Part shown: positions 48,746 to 59,861 of the stretch, piece after piece
How positions within the stretch are numbered: the stretch's first letter is position 1
Layout of the letters: every line of letters starts with the position of its first letter
Assembly: GCF_013122565.1 (NCBI RefSeq)
Contig: NZ_CP053258.1
Strand: one strand, 5' to 3'
DNA: 64,000 nt
From: Escherichia coli
GTDB taxonomy: Bacteria; Pseudomonadota; Gammaproteobacteria; Enterobacterales; Enterobacteriaceae
Program-made: the position numbers and the translations under genes
Notes under the pieces: model-generated
The model's input: only the letters and a program-made list of their open reading frames with translations
Databases searched by the model: none
Told to the model about the DNA's origin: nothing

Positions 48746-51700
48746 TCAGTTAATCGCGAAATAACTACTATTCACCAGCAAATCCAGCGGTTGGGCACCG
48801 GCAATCACATCACCATAAATCAGATCGAGGCCGATGCCAGAAAGCGTATCCATCACTAAGGGTAAAACGACTGGCCCGGCGATGGTTTTCATCCCGAGTC
48901 GCTGAGCGTGCCCCTGAATAATCGTAATCAGCATCTCATCCATCAAATTACCCTGCACGTTGGCGCATAACTCACCATCAAGTAGCAGGTAATCTGCCAT
49001 ATTCGCTTTCAGCGAGTTGAAGATTTGCAGATCGCGGCCCACCTGGCTGAGCACTATCCGACATCCCGCCAGCCGCAGTTTTTGCACGCTTTCTGCGTGA
49101 TCTAAAATCGCTTCAGCCGGAATAATCAGATGTAATAACCGTGGTGGTAGAGGGCTATTTTCCAGCTGCTCAAGCAGATCATTCACCAGCGTGGCGCTAC
49201 TCAAACCGGCAACGGAAAGGGGGAGGGCGATGCTTATGCCTTTACTGGCAACCGCTTTTGCGGCCTGCTGGAAAAATTCGTGGAATACCCGGCGGTCAAG
49301 AGCATGGCTAAGCGCCGGATCGCTGAAGCTACGACGAAATGTTTGTTCATCAATAATCTCGCCTTCGCAACTCCAGAGCTTAAGTGAAATCAGCCACAAA
49401 TTACGCGCTTCCGGGATCCGTGGCGAAGCGACACCGTGGGCGAGCATCATCAACTGATTCTCTTTAATCATCCGCCACTGTTCATCAAGCGACATCGCCG
49501 CCCGTTCGCTATGTGCGGCAGCTTGCTGCGGTTCGTACATCGTCACCCGGCCCCGGCCACCATTTTTGGAGGCATAACAGGCGATATCAGCCTGCGACAT
49601 CACTTCTGCCGCCTGATGATTGTTGTCATCAATCAAGGTAATCCCGGCACTGGCACCTACCCGATGCACACGGCCTTCCCATATAAAGTGATAGTCATTC
49701 ACGGCACTGATAATGCGTGTAGCGATAAAACGCGCGCTTTCAACATTACAGTCTGGCAGCAGCAGACCAAATTCATCACCACCGAGTCGCGCCAGCACGT
49801 CGCTGGAGCGCAGCATACTCAGCATCAACGACGCCAGTTCTCGCAGCAAAGCGTCGCCCGCCGCATGCCCGGCGCTGTCATTCACCGCTTTAAAGCGATC
49901 AAGATCGATAAACACCAGGGCATGTCGCTGATGTGTACTGTTTACCGTTTGCAGCAGGATACGCAGTTGCTTCTCAAAACTGGCGCGATTGGCGAGATGC
50001 GTCAGTGCATCATGGGAGGCGCTGTAGCTCAGCTGGCGCAGCATTTTGCGTGATTCGGTAACGTCCTGAATCACCAGTACCGAGCCTATATTGCTGCCGT
50101 CCAGAGTACTTAACGGCGTAATACTGTAATGCACGTCGTAGCTACCGCCGCTCCGGCAGTGCAACACCACATCTTGTTCAATCGCGGAACGTGAGGTGTC
50201 GGCACTGTAAATGTTCTCCATTAATGGTCCGTTGTCGCCAAAAGTAATATGCAACACCGTCAGGAGCGGAACACCTAATGCTTCTTCCTGCGTCCAGCCG
50301 CTCATCTTCTCCGCCACTGGATTCATAAAGGTAATTTTCATCGCCATATCAATACAGACCACGGCTTCACCGATGGAGTCCAGCGTAATGTGCAGGCGTT
50401 CTTTTTCCTGAAACAATGCCTCGTTAAGCTGTTTAACTTCGGTCATATCCATATTAATGCCGAGCAGGCGTTCGACTTCGCCTTCTTTATTCAATACCCG
50501 GTTGGCGAGGGCGCGGATATGGCGAATACCGTCTTTCACGGTAATGCGAAATTCCAGTTTAAAGGGCGAGCGTGATTGCAACGAATCACGAATTACTTTT
50601 TCGGCATGCTGGCGATCTTCCGGCAGCACACACTCGTACCACACCTGCCAGTTCGGTTTGATATGCGGAGGAATTTCATACAGCTCGAACATCCGCTTAT
50701 CCCAACTGAAAATATCCGGCTTCAGCTCCCATTCCCAGATACCAATCCCGCCCGCTTCGTTAGCCAGCGTGATGCGCTCCATCAGTTGCTGATTGACCTG
50801 TTCGGTGCGTTTTAGTTCGTTAATGTCTTCAATCTGAGCGATAAAATAGAGCGGCGTGCCATCCGTGTGGCGCACCAGTGAGACGGCAAGCAACGCCCAG
50901 ACAACATCGCCATTGCGGTTGTAGTAACGTTTTTCCATTGAATAGGTGTTTATTTCACCGCTTATCAGCTTTTCAACCTGTTGGAGATCTTTATTGAGAT
51001 CCTCCGGCCAGGTCAGTTGCTGAAAGGTGAGTCCGCGCAGCTCTTCCTGACTGTAACCGAGAAACTGGCAGAGTGCTTTGTTGGATTGCAGCCATTGTCC
51101 CTCGGTGCCCACTAACGCCATGCCGATAGCGGAATATTCCATCGCGTTCCGAAAGCGGGTTTCGCTTTCGGAAATGTGTTTGCGTTCCGCACGAAAGGCA
51201 TACATCACCATGGTCATGATGTTGGCGGGCAGCAGGATCAGCAAAAACGGTAGCCACGGCATATGGCTCATTAGGTATGTACGCGGCGTAGCAAGCAGGG
51301 AGGGATCCGCGGCCATCATCAGCGACACCATCATCACCGTGGTAAGGAAGATCAAAAAGGCTTCCATTCGTGGCAGGCGCACGGCGCTCCACATCAACAG
51401 CACAATAATGAAAGTAAAAGGCCACGGCAGATACAGCATCGAAAGCCAGCTTAACGTCAGTGTGATGGCTAACGTGAGCAGCGACTCAAAAAGCAACCTT
51501 GGGTTGCGATGGCGCAGCAGATAGTGTGGTTTAAATAACAATCCCAGCGGCACCAGTGCCAGAGCGCCGATGGATTCTGACAGTACCCATATCAAAAATG
51601 CCCTGAGAGGATCGTCTCCGGGCGTCAGCAGGACAACCAGAACACCCCCCAACAGAGGCGGAACAATGGCGCTGCCGAGTGCCAGACGCAGCCAGTCAGC

Positions 51701-52063
51701 CAGATTTTGCAAGGGGTTATACCACGGCAGCAATTTACGTAGTAGCACTGCCCCGACCACGGCTTCAACAATATTGATGGTCGTCCAGGTCATGTTCAGC
51801 GAGCTGGTGGAAAAAAGCAGGATGGATGCGGCGATATTTCCCAGCGAACAGCTCAGCGCAATTCCCGGCCACATGCGCCCGGCATGGCGATAAAACGCCA
51901 CCATCATGATGGACGTCGGGAACCACAGTGGGGCGAGTTGGGTGCCAAACTGCGAAAGCTCAAGCGAGAAAAGGGTGAAGATAAACGAGACTAAACCTAA
52001 ACTGACCAGGTGAAGCAGCGGGTGGGGCAGGGCAATTAATACATGCTGTGATTGTTTGCTCAT
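48746..52063 (-). CDS. dgcE: Diguanylate cyclase/phosphodiesterase DgcE (MASE1-PAS-GGDEF-EAL)
   Basis: 1105 aa; N-terminal multi-TM domain; GGDEF motif present; C-terminal degenerate EAL-like region; same length as K-12 DgcE (YegE). Confidence 0.9.
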   Translation of the reverse strand: MSKQSQHVLIALPHPLLHLVSLGLVSFIFTLFSLELSQFGTQLAPLWFPTSIMMVAFYRHAGRMWPGIALSCSLGNIAASILLFSTSSLNMTWTTINIVEAVVGAVLLRKLLPWYNPLQNLADWLRLALGSAIVPPLLGGVLVVLLTPGDDPLRAFLIWVLSESIGALALVPLGLLFKPHYLLRHRNPRLLFESLLTLAITLTLSWLSMLYLPWPFTFIIVLLMWSAVRLPRMEAFLIFLTTVMMVSLMMAADPSLLATPRTYLMSHMPWLPFLLILLPANIMTMVMYAFRAERKHISESETRFRNAMEYSAIGMALVGTEGQWLQSNKALCQFLGYSQEELRGLTFQQLTWPEDLNKDLQQVEKLISGEINTYSMEKRYYNRNGDVVWALLAVSLVRHTDGTPLYFIAQIEDINELKRTEQVNQQLMERITLANEAGGIGIWEWELKPDIFSWDKRMFELYEIPPHIKPNWQVWYECVLPEDRQHAEKVIRDSLQSRSPFKLEFRITVKDGIRHIRALANRVLNKEGEVERLLGINMDMTEVKQLNEALFQEKERLHITLDSIGEAVVCIDMAMKITFMNPVAEKMSGWTQEEALGVPLLTVLHITFGDNGPLMENIYSADTSRSAIEQDVVLHCRSGGSYDVHYSITPLSTLDGSNIGSVLVIQDVTESRKMLRQLSYSASHDALTHLANRASFEKQLRILLQTVNSTHQRHALVFIDLDRFKAVNDSAGHAAGDALLRELASLMLSMLRSSDVLARLGGDEFGLLLPDCNVESARFIATRIISAVNDYHFIWEGRVHRVGASAGITLIDDNNHQAAEVMSQADIACYASKNGGRGRVTMYEPQQAAAHSERAAMSLDEQWRMIKENQLMMLAHGVASPRIPEARNLWLISLKLWSCEGEIIDEQTFRRSFSDPALSHALDRRVFHEFFQQAAKAVASKGISIALPLSVAGLSSATLVNDLLEQLENSPLPPRLLHLIIPAEAILDHAESVQKLRLAGCRIVLSQVGRDLQIFNSLKANMADYLLLDGELCANVQGNLMDEMLITIIQGHAQRLGMKTIAGPVVLPLVMDTLSGIGLDLIYGDVIAGAQPLDLLVNSSYFAIN

Positions 52064-52380
52064 TACCGCTTTATCCGCAAGACCTGGTCGCCAGTATTCG
52101 TTTCTGTGTTTATGCTAGTACAAAAGTTTTACATTTTATATGCGAATTGCTCATAAAGTGACGTAAAGGCGGATAATTTGCGCAACTGCGTATAACATTT
52201 TTTACCTTGTATAAAACTGATCAACGTAATTTGCCACCGGGAATTCTTCGTCAACAATTAACTCTGAGCGCGCGGCAACGCTATTCGACTGGTATCAGGC
52301 GGATGAAATCCCTATAATTGCCGCGTTTGGCGCTTCGTCGCCCCCTTCCTAACATCCAGGTTAATCAGGTCGCTAAATAT

Positions 52381-53022
52381 ATGACTGATCAGTCTCATCA
52401 GTGCGTCATTATCGGTATCGCTGGCGCATCGGCTTCCGGCAAGAGTCTTATTGCCAGTACCCTTTATCGTGAATTACGTGAGCAAGTCGGTGATGAACAC
52501 ATCGGCGTAATTCCCGAAGACTGCTATTACAAAGATCAAAGCCATCTGTCGATGGAAGAACGCGTTAAGACCAACTACGACCATCCCAGCGCGATGGATC
52601 ACAGTCTGCTGCTTGAGCATTTACAAGCGTTGAAACGCGGCTCGGCAATTGACCTGCCGGTTTACAGCTATGTTGAACATACGCGTATGAAAGAAACGGT
52701 GACGGTTGAGCCGAAGAAGGTCATCATTCTCGAAGGCATTTTGTTGCTGACGGATGCGCGTTTGCGTGACGAACTTAACTTCTCCATTTTCGTTGATACC
52801 CCGCTGGATATCTGCCTGATGCGCCGCATCAAGCGTGACGTTAACGAGCGTGGGCGTTCAATGGATTCAGTGATGGCGCAATATCAAAAAACCGTGCGCC
52901 CGATGTTCCTGCAATTCATTGAGCCTTCTAAACAATATGCGGACATTATCGTGCCGCGCGGCGGGAAAAACCGCATCGCGATCGATATATTGAAAGCGAA
53001 AATAAGTCAGTTCTTTGAATAA
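52381..53022 (+). CDS. udk: Uridine/cytidine kinase
   Basis: Start [22 protein letters not shown] gives 213 aa as in K-12; P-loop present; the track ORF extends to 52318. Confidence 0.9.
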
Positions 53023-53113
53023 GCTTGATAAATTGTGTACCGTTCAGTGATAACCTGGTATGCCCTTGACGTAATTGGCGTTAAGGGAGTGATGCGCGAA
53101 AGGAGAAAATGCC

Positions 53114-53695
53114 ATGCGTCTGTGTGACCGAGATATTGAAGCCTGGCTTGATGAAGGCCGTTTGTCGATCAACCCACGTCCGCCAGTGGAGCGTATTAAC
53201 GGCGCGACGGTGGATGTACGCCTGGGCAATAAATTTCGTACCTTCCGTGGTCACACGGCAGCGTTTATCGATCTGAGCGGTCCCAAAGATGAAGTGAGCG
53301 CCGCGCTTGACCGCGTGATGAGCGATGAGATCGTTCTCGACGAGGGCGAGGCGTTCTATCTTCACCCAGGAGAGCTGGCGCTGGCGGTGACGCTGGAGTC
53401 GGTGACGCTGCCAGCCGATCTGGTGGGCTGGCTGGACGGGCGTTCCTCACTGGCGCGTCTGGGGCTGATGGTGCACGTCACCGCGCACCGCATCGATCCG
53501 GGCTGGTCTGGCTGCATTGTGCTGGAGTTCTACAACTCCGGTAAGCTGCCGCTGGCGCTACGTCCGGGCATGTTAATTGGTGCGCTGAGCTTTGAGCCGC
53601 TTTCCGGTCCGGCGGCGCGACCTTACAACCGCCGTGAAGATGCGAAATATCGCAACCAGCAGGGCGCGGTAGCCAGCCGAATCGATAAAGACTAA
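53114..53695 (+). CDS. dcd: dCTP deaminase
   Basis: 193 aa; begins [17 protein letters not shown]; udk-dcd synteny. Confidence 0.95.
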
Positions 53696-53716
53696 TTCAG
53701 GCCCATTGAGGATACC

Positions 53717-55570
53717 ATGAGACGATTTCTGACGACGCTGATGATACTCCTGGTCGTGCTGGTGGCCGGGTTATCTGCGTTAGTGTTGCTGGTGAATCCG
53801 AATGATTTCCGCGACTATATGGTCAAGCAAGTTGCTGCACGTAGCGGTTATCAATTGCAGCTCGACGGGCCACTGCGTTGGCACGTCTGGCCGCAACTTA
53901 GTATCCTCTCCGGGCGAATGTCTCTCACCGCCCAGGGCGCGAGCCAGCCACTGGTTCGCGCCGACAACATGCGTCTGGACGTGGCGCTTTTACCACTACT
54001 GAGTCATCAACTGAGCGTTAAGCAGGTGATGCTAAAAGGGGCAGTGATCCAACTGACGCCGCAGACGGAAGCGGTGCGCAGTGAAGACGCTCCGGTTGCA
54101 CCACGCGACAATACCTTGCCGGATCTGTCAGACGATCGCGGATGGTCGTTTGATATATCCAGTCTTAAGGTGGCGGACAGCGTTCTGGTGTTCCAGCATG
54201 AAGATGACGAGCAGGTGACAATCCGCAATATCCGCCTGCAAATGGAACAAGATCCCCAACATCGTGGCTCATTTGAGTTCTCCGGGCGGGTTAATCGCGA
54301 TCAGCGCGATCTCACGATATCCCTTAACGGTACGGTAGATGCTTCTGATTATCCGCATGATTTAACGGCGGCTATTGAACAAATTAACTGGCAGTTGCAG
54401 GGTGCCGATTTACCAAAACAAGGTATTCAGGGGCAAGGGAGTTTCCAGGCCCAGTGGCAGGAGTCACATAAACGCCTTTCATTTAACCAAATCAGCTTGA
54501 CCGCCAATGACAGTACGCTGAGCGGGCAAGCACAGGTCACGCTGACAGAGAAGCCGGAATGGCAGCTGAGACTGCAATTCCCGCAACTGAATCTTGACAA
54601 CCTCATCCCGCTTAATGAAACCGCGAATGGTGAAAACGGTGCCGCGCAGCAGGGGCAGAGCCAATCAACGTTGCCGCGCCCGGTTATTTCTTCGCGTATT
54701 GATGAACCGGCCTATCAGGGACTGCAAGGCTTTACGGCTGATATTTTGTTGCAAGCCAGTAACGTGCGCTGGCGCGGAATGAATTTTACAGATGTTGCCA
54801 CGCAAATGACCAACAAGTCGGGTTTGCTGGAAATTACTCAACTGCAGGGCAAGCTTAACGGTGGACAGGTTTCACTGCCGGGCACGCTGGACGCGACATC
54901 AATAAATCCGCGGATAAACTTCCAGCCACGGCTGGAAAACGTTGAGATTGGTACCATACTGAAGGCGTTTAACTATCCGATTTCGTTGACCGGAAAGATG
55001 TCACTGGCTGGTGATTTCTCCGGTGCTGACATAGATGCTGACGCATTCCGCCATAACTGGCAAGGACAGGCACATGTCGAAATGGCCGATACGCGCATGG
55101 AAGGGATGAACTTCCAGCAGATGATTCAGCAAGCGGTAGAACGTAATGGTGGTGATGTGAAGGCCGCTGAAAACTTCGATAACGTGACGCGTCTTGACCG
55201 CTTTACCACCGATTTGACGTTGAAGGATGGCATCGTGACGTTAAACGACATGCAAGGTCAATCGCCTGTGCTGGCGTTGACAGGGGAAGGCATATTGAAT
55301 CTGGCAGATCAAACCTGCGACACCCAGTTTGATATTCGGGTCGTGGGTGGCTGGAACGGGGAAAGTAAACTGATTGATTTCCTGAAAGAAACGCCAGTAC
55401 CGCTGCGGGTTTATGGCAACTGGCAGCAACTCAATTACAGTCTGCAAGTGGATCAGTTACTGCGCAAACATCTACAGGACGAAGCGAAACGTCGTCTGAA
55501 TGACTGGGCCGAGCGGAATAAAGATTCCCGCAATGGCAAAGATGTGAAGAAGTTGCTGGAGAAGATGTAG
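53717..55570 (+). CDS. asmA: Outer membrane assembly protein AsmA
   Basis: 617 aa with N-terminal TM anchor; same length and position as K-12 AsmA. Confidence 0.9.
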   Translation: MRRFLTTLMILLVVLVAGLSALVLLVNPNDFRDYMVKQVAARSGYQLQLDGPLRWHVWPQLSILSGRMSLTAQGASQPLVRADNMRLDVALLPLLSHQLSVKQVMLKGAVIQLTPQTEAVRSEDAPVAPRDNTLPDLSDDRGWSFDISSLKVADSVLVFQHEDDEQVTIRNIRLQMEQDPQHRGSFEFSGRVNRDQRDLTISLNGTVDASDYPHDLTAAIEQINWQLQGADLPKQGIQGQGSFQAQWQESHKRLSFNQISLTANDSTLSGQAQVTLTEKPEWQLRLQFPQLNLDNLIPLNETANGENGAAQQGQSQSTLPRPVISSRIDEPAYQGLQGFTADILLQASNVRWRGMNFTDVATQMTNKSGLLEITQLQGKLNGGQVSLPGTLDATSINPRINFQPRLENVEIGTILKAFNYPISLTGKMSLAGDFSGADIDADAFRHNWQGQAHVEMADTRMEGMNFQQMIQQAVERNGGDVKAAENFDNVTRLDRFTTDLTLKDGIVTLNDMQGQSPVLALTGEGILNLADQTCDTQFDIRVVGGWNGESKLIDFLKETPVPLRVYGNWQQLNYSLQVDQLLRKHLQDEAKRRLNDWAERNKDSRNGKDVKKLLEKM

Positions 55571-55590
55571 GTTACCAGGTGATCTGTCCT

Positions 55591-55628
55591 GTAGGCCTGA
55601 TAAGACGCGTAAAGCGTCGCATCAGGCA
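55591..55628. repeat. REP (repetitive extragenic palindrome) element
   Basis: GTAGGCCTGATAAGACGCGTAAAGCGTCGCATCAGGCA, the canonical E. coli REP form, just after the asmA stop. Confidence 0.7.
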
Positions 55629-55986
55629 ATCACGTAGATTACTTTCAGCAAAGATGAATCATCAGTAAAAGCAAGATATTTCCGCGAGGGGGTTGGTCCG
55701 GCTGTAAATCGCCGAATCGTTTCCTGTAGGCCGGGGCAGCCCACATGGATGTGGGCTGAGGGCGCGTTTTACAGGGATGTTACCTCGCGCCCGTACCCGA
55801 TAGCCGAAAGGAATAAGATGAGGGAACCGCGCTAGCGGCGATTTACCGCCGGGAGCCCGGGTTGCCAGGGTGGTGGCGATTGAGCCACCCTGGCACGTTC
55901 ACCGACTTGAGCGTTCCATAGTAGCGAGGAACATAAAGTGAACGGAACAGCCTTCAATGTCACATACTCTCCCGGTTGAACGAAAC

Positions 55987-56023
55987 GCCTGATGCGACGC
56001 TTTACGCGTCTTATCAGGCCTAC
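55987..56023. repeat. REP element, inverted relative to the one at 55591
   Basis: GCCTGATGCGACGCTTTACGCGTCTTATCAGGCCTAC, immediately before the yegH stop. Confidence 0.7.
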
Positions 56024-56029
56024 ATGCCA

Positions 56030-57613
56030 TCACACCTCGTACTCCATCTCGCCATCCTTACGCAGCGGAATAATTTGCACCTTCTGCACGCGATGGCTTT
56101 CCACCTGCAACGTTTTAAGCAAATAATCCCCCACCTGAACTTCTTCGCCAGGTTTTGGAATACGCTGTAAATATTCCATCAACAGCCCGGCAATGGTGTG
56201 ATATTCACGTTTTTCATCCAGCGGCAGCGGCACATATTGCACCAGATCTTCCAGCGGCATATGACCATTCGCCGTCCAGGAACCGTCCGCATTCTTCTGA
56301 ATATCATGGCGGGCGTCGATCTCTTCCACTTCGTTCGGTAAGTTACCGGCAATGGTTTCAGTGACGTCACTTAATGTCACAATCCCTTCCACCGAGCCAA
56401 ACTCATCCACCACAAAAGCAAAGTGTGTGCGGGCATTACGGAACTGCTCCAGGGCAGGTAACAACGGCAAGGTTTCCGGGAACACCAGCGGCTGGCGAAT
56501 CAACACCCGCAGGTTGAGCGGTTCGCCGCGCAGAGACTGTTGTAGCAGGTCGATAACGTGAACAACACCGAGCAAATCTTCTGCGTCATCACCGTCGGTA
56601 ACCACCAGCCGCGTATGCTGATTTCGCTCCAGCAACTGGCGGATCTCGTCTTCCGGCGCGTTGAGATCGATATGCTCAATATCGTGGCGCGACGTCATAA
56701 TGCTGCTGACGGTACGCTGGTTAAGATTAAGTACCCGCTCAATCATCCGCCGTTCCTGCGGATTAAAGATCTGCTGGTTACCATGATCCACCAGCATGGA
56801 CGCGGTTTCGGCGTCCAGTTCCGCATCCTCTTTTTGCCCGCTAAGCAGGCGCATTACCGCTTCGGTAGTCCGCTGGCGCAGCGTCTGGTTAGCGGAAAGA
56901 AAACGTCGCCGGTTAAAGATAGCCAACTGATTGAGCGCCTCGATCATCACCGAGAAACCAATGGCAGCATACAGGTAGCCTTTCGGAATGACGAAGCCGA
57001 AACCTTCTGCCACCAGGCTAAAGCCAATCATCAACAGGAAGCTTAAGCAGAGAATAACGATTGTCGGGTGACTGTTAACAAATTGCGTTAACGGCTTGCT
57101 GGCCATCAACATCAGGCTGATAGCGATAACCACGGCGGCCATCATGACCACTAAATGGTCGACCATCCCGACGGCGGTAATCACTGAGTCGAGTGAGAAG
57201 ATGGCGTCCAGTACCACAATTTGTGTCACCACCCCCCAGAACTTCGCACCTTTGCGTTGTGTGGGATTATTGCTGTCTTTCCCTTCCAGCCGTTCGTTCA
57301 GCTCCATCGTGGCTTTGAACAACAGGAAGAAACCACCAAACAGCATGATTAAGTCGCGGGCGCTAAAGGTAAACGAGCGGAAGCTGAACAGCGGTTGAGT
57401 CAGGGTGACCAGCCAGGAGATTGACGCCAGCAGTAACAGGCGCATTAACATCGCCAGCAGCAGCCCGGTAACCCGTGCGCGGTCGCGCTGCTTCGGCGGT
57501 AGTTTTTCGGCGAGGATGGCAATAAAGACCAGGTTATCAATGCCGAGGACCAGTTCGATCACAATCAGCGTGATTAACCCGGCCCAGATAGACGGATCGG
57601 CAATCCATTCCAT
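56030..57613 (-). CDS. yegH: TerC/CBS/CorC-domain inner membrane protein YegH
   Basis: Start [13 protein letters not shown] gives 527 aa as in K-12; multi-TM N-terminus; the track ORF extends to 57679. Confidence 0.9.
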   Translation of the reverse strand: MEWIADPSIWAGLITLIVIELVLGIDNLVFIAILAEKLPPKQRDRARVTGLLLAMLMRLLLLASISWLVTLTQPLFSFRSFTFSARDLIMLFGGFFLLFKATMELNERLEGKDSNNPTQRKGAKFWGVVTQIVVLDAIFSLDSVITAVGMVDHLVVMMAAVVIAISLMLMASKPLTQFVNSHPTIVILCLSFLLMIGFSLVAEGFGFVIPKGYLYAAIGFSVMIEALNQLAIFNRRRFLSANQTLRQRTTEAVMRLLSGQKEDAELDAETASMLVDHGNQQIFNPQERRMIERVLNLNQRTVSSIMTSRHDIEHIDLNAPEDEIRQLLERNQHTRLVVTDGDDAEDLLGVVHVIDLLQQSLRGEPLNLRVLIRQPLVFPETLPLLPALEQFRNARTHFAFVVDEFGSVEGIVTLSDVTETIAGNLPNEVEEIDARHDIQKNADGSWTANGHMPLEDLVQYVPLPLDEKREYHTIAGLLMEYLQRIPKPGEEVQVGDYLLKTLQVESHRVQKVQIIPLRKDGEMEYEV

Positions 57614-58080
57614 AGTAAGTACAAAACCTATTCGTTGTATGACAAATGTCACAATTCGATCATGGATAAATCGGGGCAAAAATGCAATGTTGCAGCACTA
57701 TTTATCTCATATTATTTGAGGGTAATAACCTCACATTATCCCTGAATTAAAAGTGGTAATAATAAACATTATTTAAGAAATATCGCATGTGGAGACGCAA
57801 TATTAAATATTGTCAACCTAAAGAAACTCCTAAAAACCATATTGAATGACACTTAATATAATTCTTAAAAATAGCCAATTGCCGAATTGTTACCTTGCCT
57901 GCTATTCCGTTAGCTGTAACACTTCCTCCTGCATTATTGGAGAGCCAATATTCAATTACCATAATGTCACCTTATATTCGGAAGTTAATTTCCGCAATAA
58001 CCCTTTCTCATCAACGATTGTATGCAGAGAGGGTTTGAAAAATTAAGCTAAATCAGTGTATTGGTAGCTAAAAAGCCAGG

Positions 58081-58092
58081 GGCGGTAGCGTG
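58081..58092 (+). promoter_or_regulatory. ops / JUMPstart element upstream of the colanic acid (wza) operon
   Basis: GGCGGTAGCGTG, the ops consensus, about 180 bp upstream of the wza start in the untranslated leader. Confidence 0.6.
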
Positions 58093-58270
58093 TCTGGATG
58101 CCTGAAAGACCAGTCTGAATTATTCTGTCAATAGCCTGCGGATGAAATCAATTTTTTTAGGACTGATGCCAGTTAAATTTTTATTCAATTAACTGCAAGG
58201 TAAATGTGCATGGCGACATTGCTATTAATAGTGCACAGGATAATTACTCTGCCAAAGTGATAAATAAACA

Positions 58271-59410
58271 ATGATGAAATCCAAAATGAAATTGATGCCA
58301 TTATTGGTGTCAGTAACCTTGATAAGCGGTTGCACAGTACTTCCGGGCAGCAATATGTCGACGATGGGGAAAGACGTCATCAAACAGCAGGACGCTGATT
58401 TCGATCTCGACAAAATGGTGAATGTTTATCCGCTGACCCCGCGCCTGATTGACCAATTACGCCCACGACCCAACGTAGCGCGCCCCAATATGACGCTGGA
58501 AAGCGAGATCGCGAATTACCAGTATCGCGTCGGGCCGGGGGACGTTCTTAATGTCACCGTCTGGGATCACCCGGAACTCACCACGCCAGCCGGTCAGTAC
58601 CGCAGCTCCAGCGACACCGGCAACTGGGTACAGCCTGACGGCACTATGTTTTACCCGTATATCGGCAAGGTCCACGTAGTCGGGAAAACGCTCGCTGAAA
58701 TCCGCAGTGATATTACCGGGCGCTTAGCGACGTACATCGCTGACCCGCAGGTGGACGTTAATATCGCCGCCTTCCGCTCACAAAAGGCCTATATCTCAGG
58801 TCAGGTGAATAAATCTGGTCAACAGGCGATCACCAACGTACCACTGACCATTCTCGACGCCATCAACGCCGCAGGTGGCCTGACCGACACCGCTGACTGG
58901 CGCAACGTGGTGCTAACACACAATGGTCGTGAAGAGCGCATTTCTTTGCAGGCGCTGATGCAAAACGGCGACCTCAACCAGAATCGCCTGCTTTACCCCG
59001 GCGATATTCTCTACGTGCCACGTAATGATGATCTGAAAGTATTTGTGATGGGTGAAGTGAAGAAACAGAGCACCCTGAAAATGGACTTTAGCGGCATGAC
59101 CCTGACTGAAGCTCTGGGCAATGCCGAAGGTATCGACATGACCACCTCCAACGCCAGCGGTATCTTTGTCATTCGTCCGTTGAAAGGCGAGGGCGGGCGT
59201 AACGGCAAGATTGCCAATATCTACCAGCTGGATATGTCCGATGCCACGTCGCTGGTGATGGCGACAGAATTCCGCCTGCAACCTTATGACGTGGTATATG
59301 TCACCACCGCCCCGGTTTCCCGCTGGAACCGTCTGATCAATCAGTTGCTGCCAACTATTAGCGGTGTCCGTTACATGACGGATACAGCCAGCGACATTCA
59401 TAACTGGTAA
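58271..59410 (+). CDS. wza: Outer membrane polysaccharide export lipoprotein Wza
   Basis: 379 aa; lipoprotein signal (LISGC); first gene of the colanic acid cluster. Confidence 0.95.
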   Translation: MMKSKMKLMPLLVSVTLISGCTVLPGSNMSTMGKDVIKQQDADFDLDKMVNVYPLTPRLIDQLRPRPNVARPNMTLESEIANYQYRVGPGDVLNVTVWDHPELTTPAGQYRSSSDTGNWVQPDGTMFYPYIGKVHVVGKTLAEIRSDITGRLATYIADPQVDVNIAAFRSQKAYISGQVNKSGQQAITNVPLTILDAINAAGGLTDTADWRNVVLTHNGREERISLQALMQNGDLNQNRLLYPGDILYVPRNDDLKVFVMGEVKKQSTLKMDFSGMTLTEALGNAEGIDMTTSNASGIFVIRPLKGEGGRNGKIANIYQLDMSDATSLVMATEFRLQPYDVVYVTTAPVSRWNRLINQLLPTISGVRYMTDTASDIHNW

Positions 59411-59415
59411 TCGTC

Positions 59416-59859
59416 ATGTTTAACAACATCTTAGTTGTCTGTGTCGGCAATATTTGCCGCTCCCCGACGGCGGAACGCTTACTGCAACGTTATCACCCGG
59501 AGCTGAAAGTGGAGTCCGCTGGACTCGGCGCGCTGGTCGGTAAGGGCGCTGATCCTACCGCTATCAGCGTCGCCGCAGAACATCAACTGTCTCTGGAAGG
59601 TCACTGTGCCCGTCAAATCAGCCGCCGTCTGTGTCGCAACTACGACCTGATTTTGACCATGGAAAAGCGCCATATCGAACGCTTATGCGAGATGGCACCG
59701 GAGATGCGCGGCAAAGTGATGCTGTTTGGTCACTGGGATAACCAATGTGAAATCCCCGATCCGTATCGCAAAAGCCGGGAAACGTTTGCAGCGGTGTACA
59801 CATTACTTGAACGGTCTGCCCGCCAGTGGGCGCAGGCATTGAACGCAGAGCAGGTATAA
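59416..59859 (+). CDS. wzb: Low-molecular-weight protein-tyrosine phosphatase Wzb
   Basis: 147 aa; CX5R motif (VCVGNICRSP). Confidence 0.95.
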   Translation: MFNNILVVCVGNICRSPTAERLLQRYHPELKVESAGLGALVGKGADPTAISVAAEHQLSLEGHCARQISRRLCRNYDLILTMEKRHIERLCEMAPEMRGKVMLFGHWDNQCEIPDPYRKSRETFAAVYTLLERSARQWAQALNAEQV

Positions 59860-59861
59860 GA

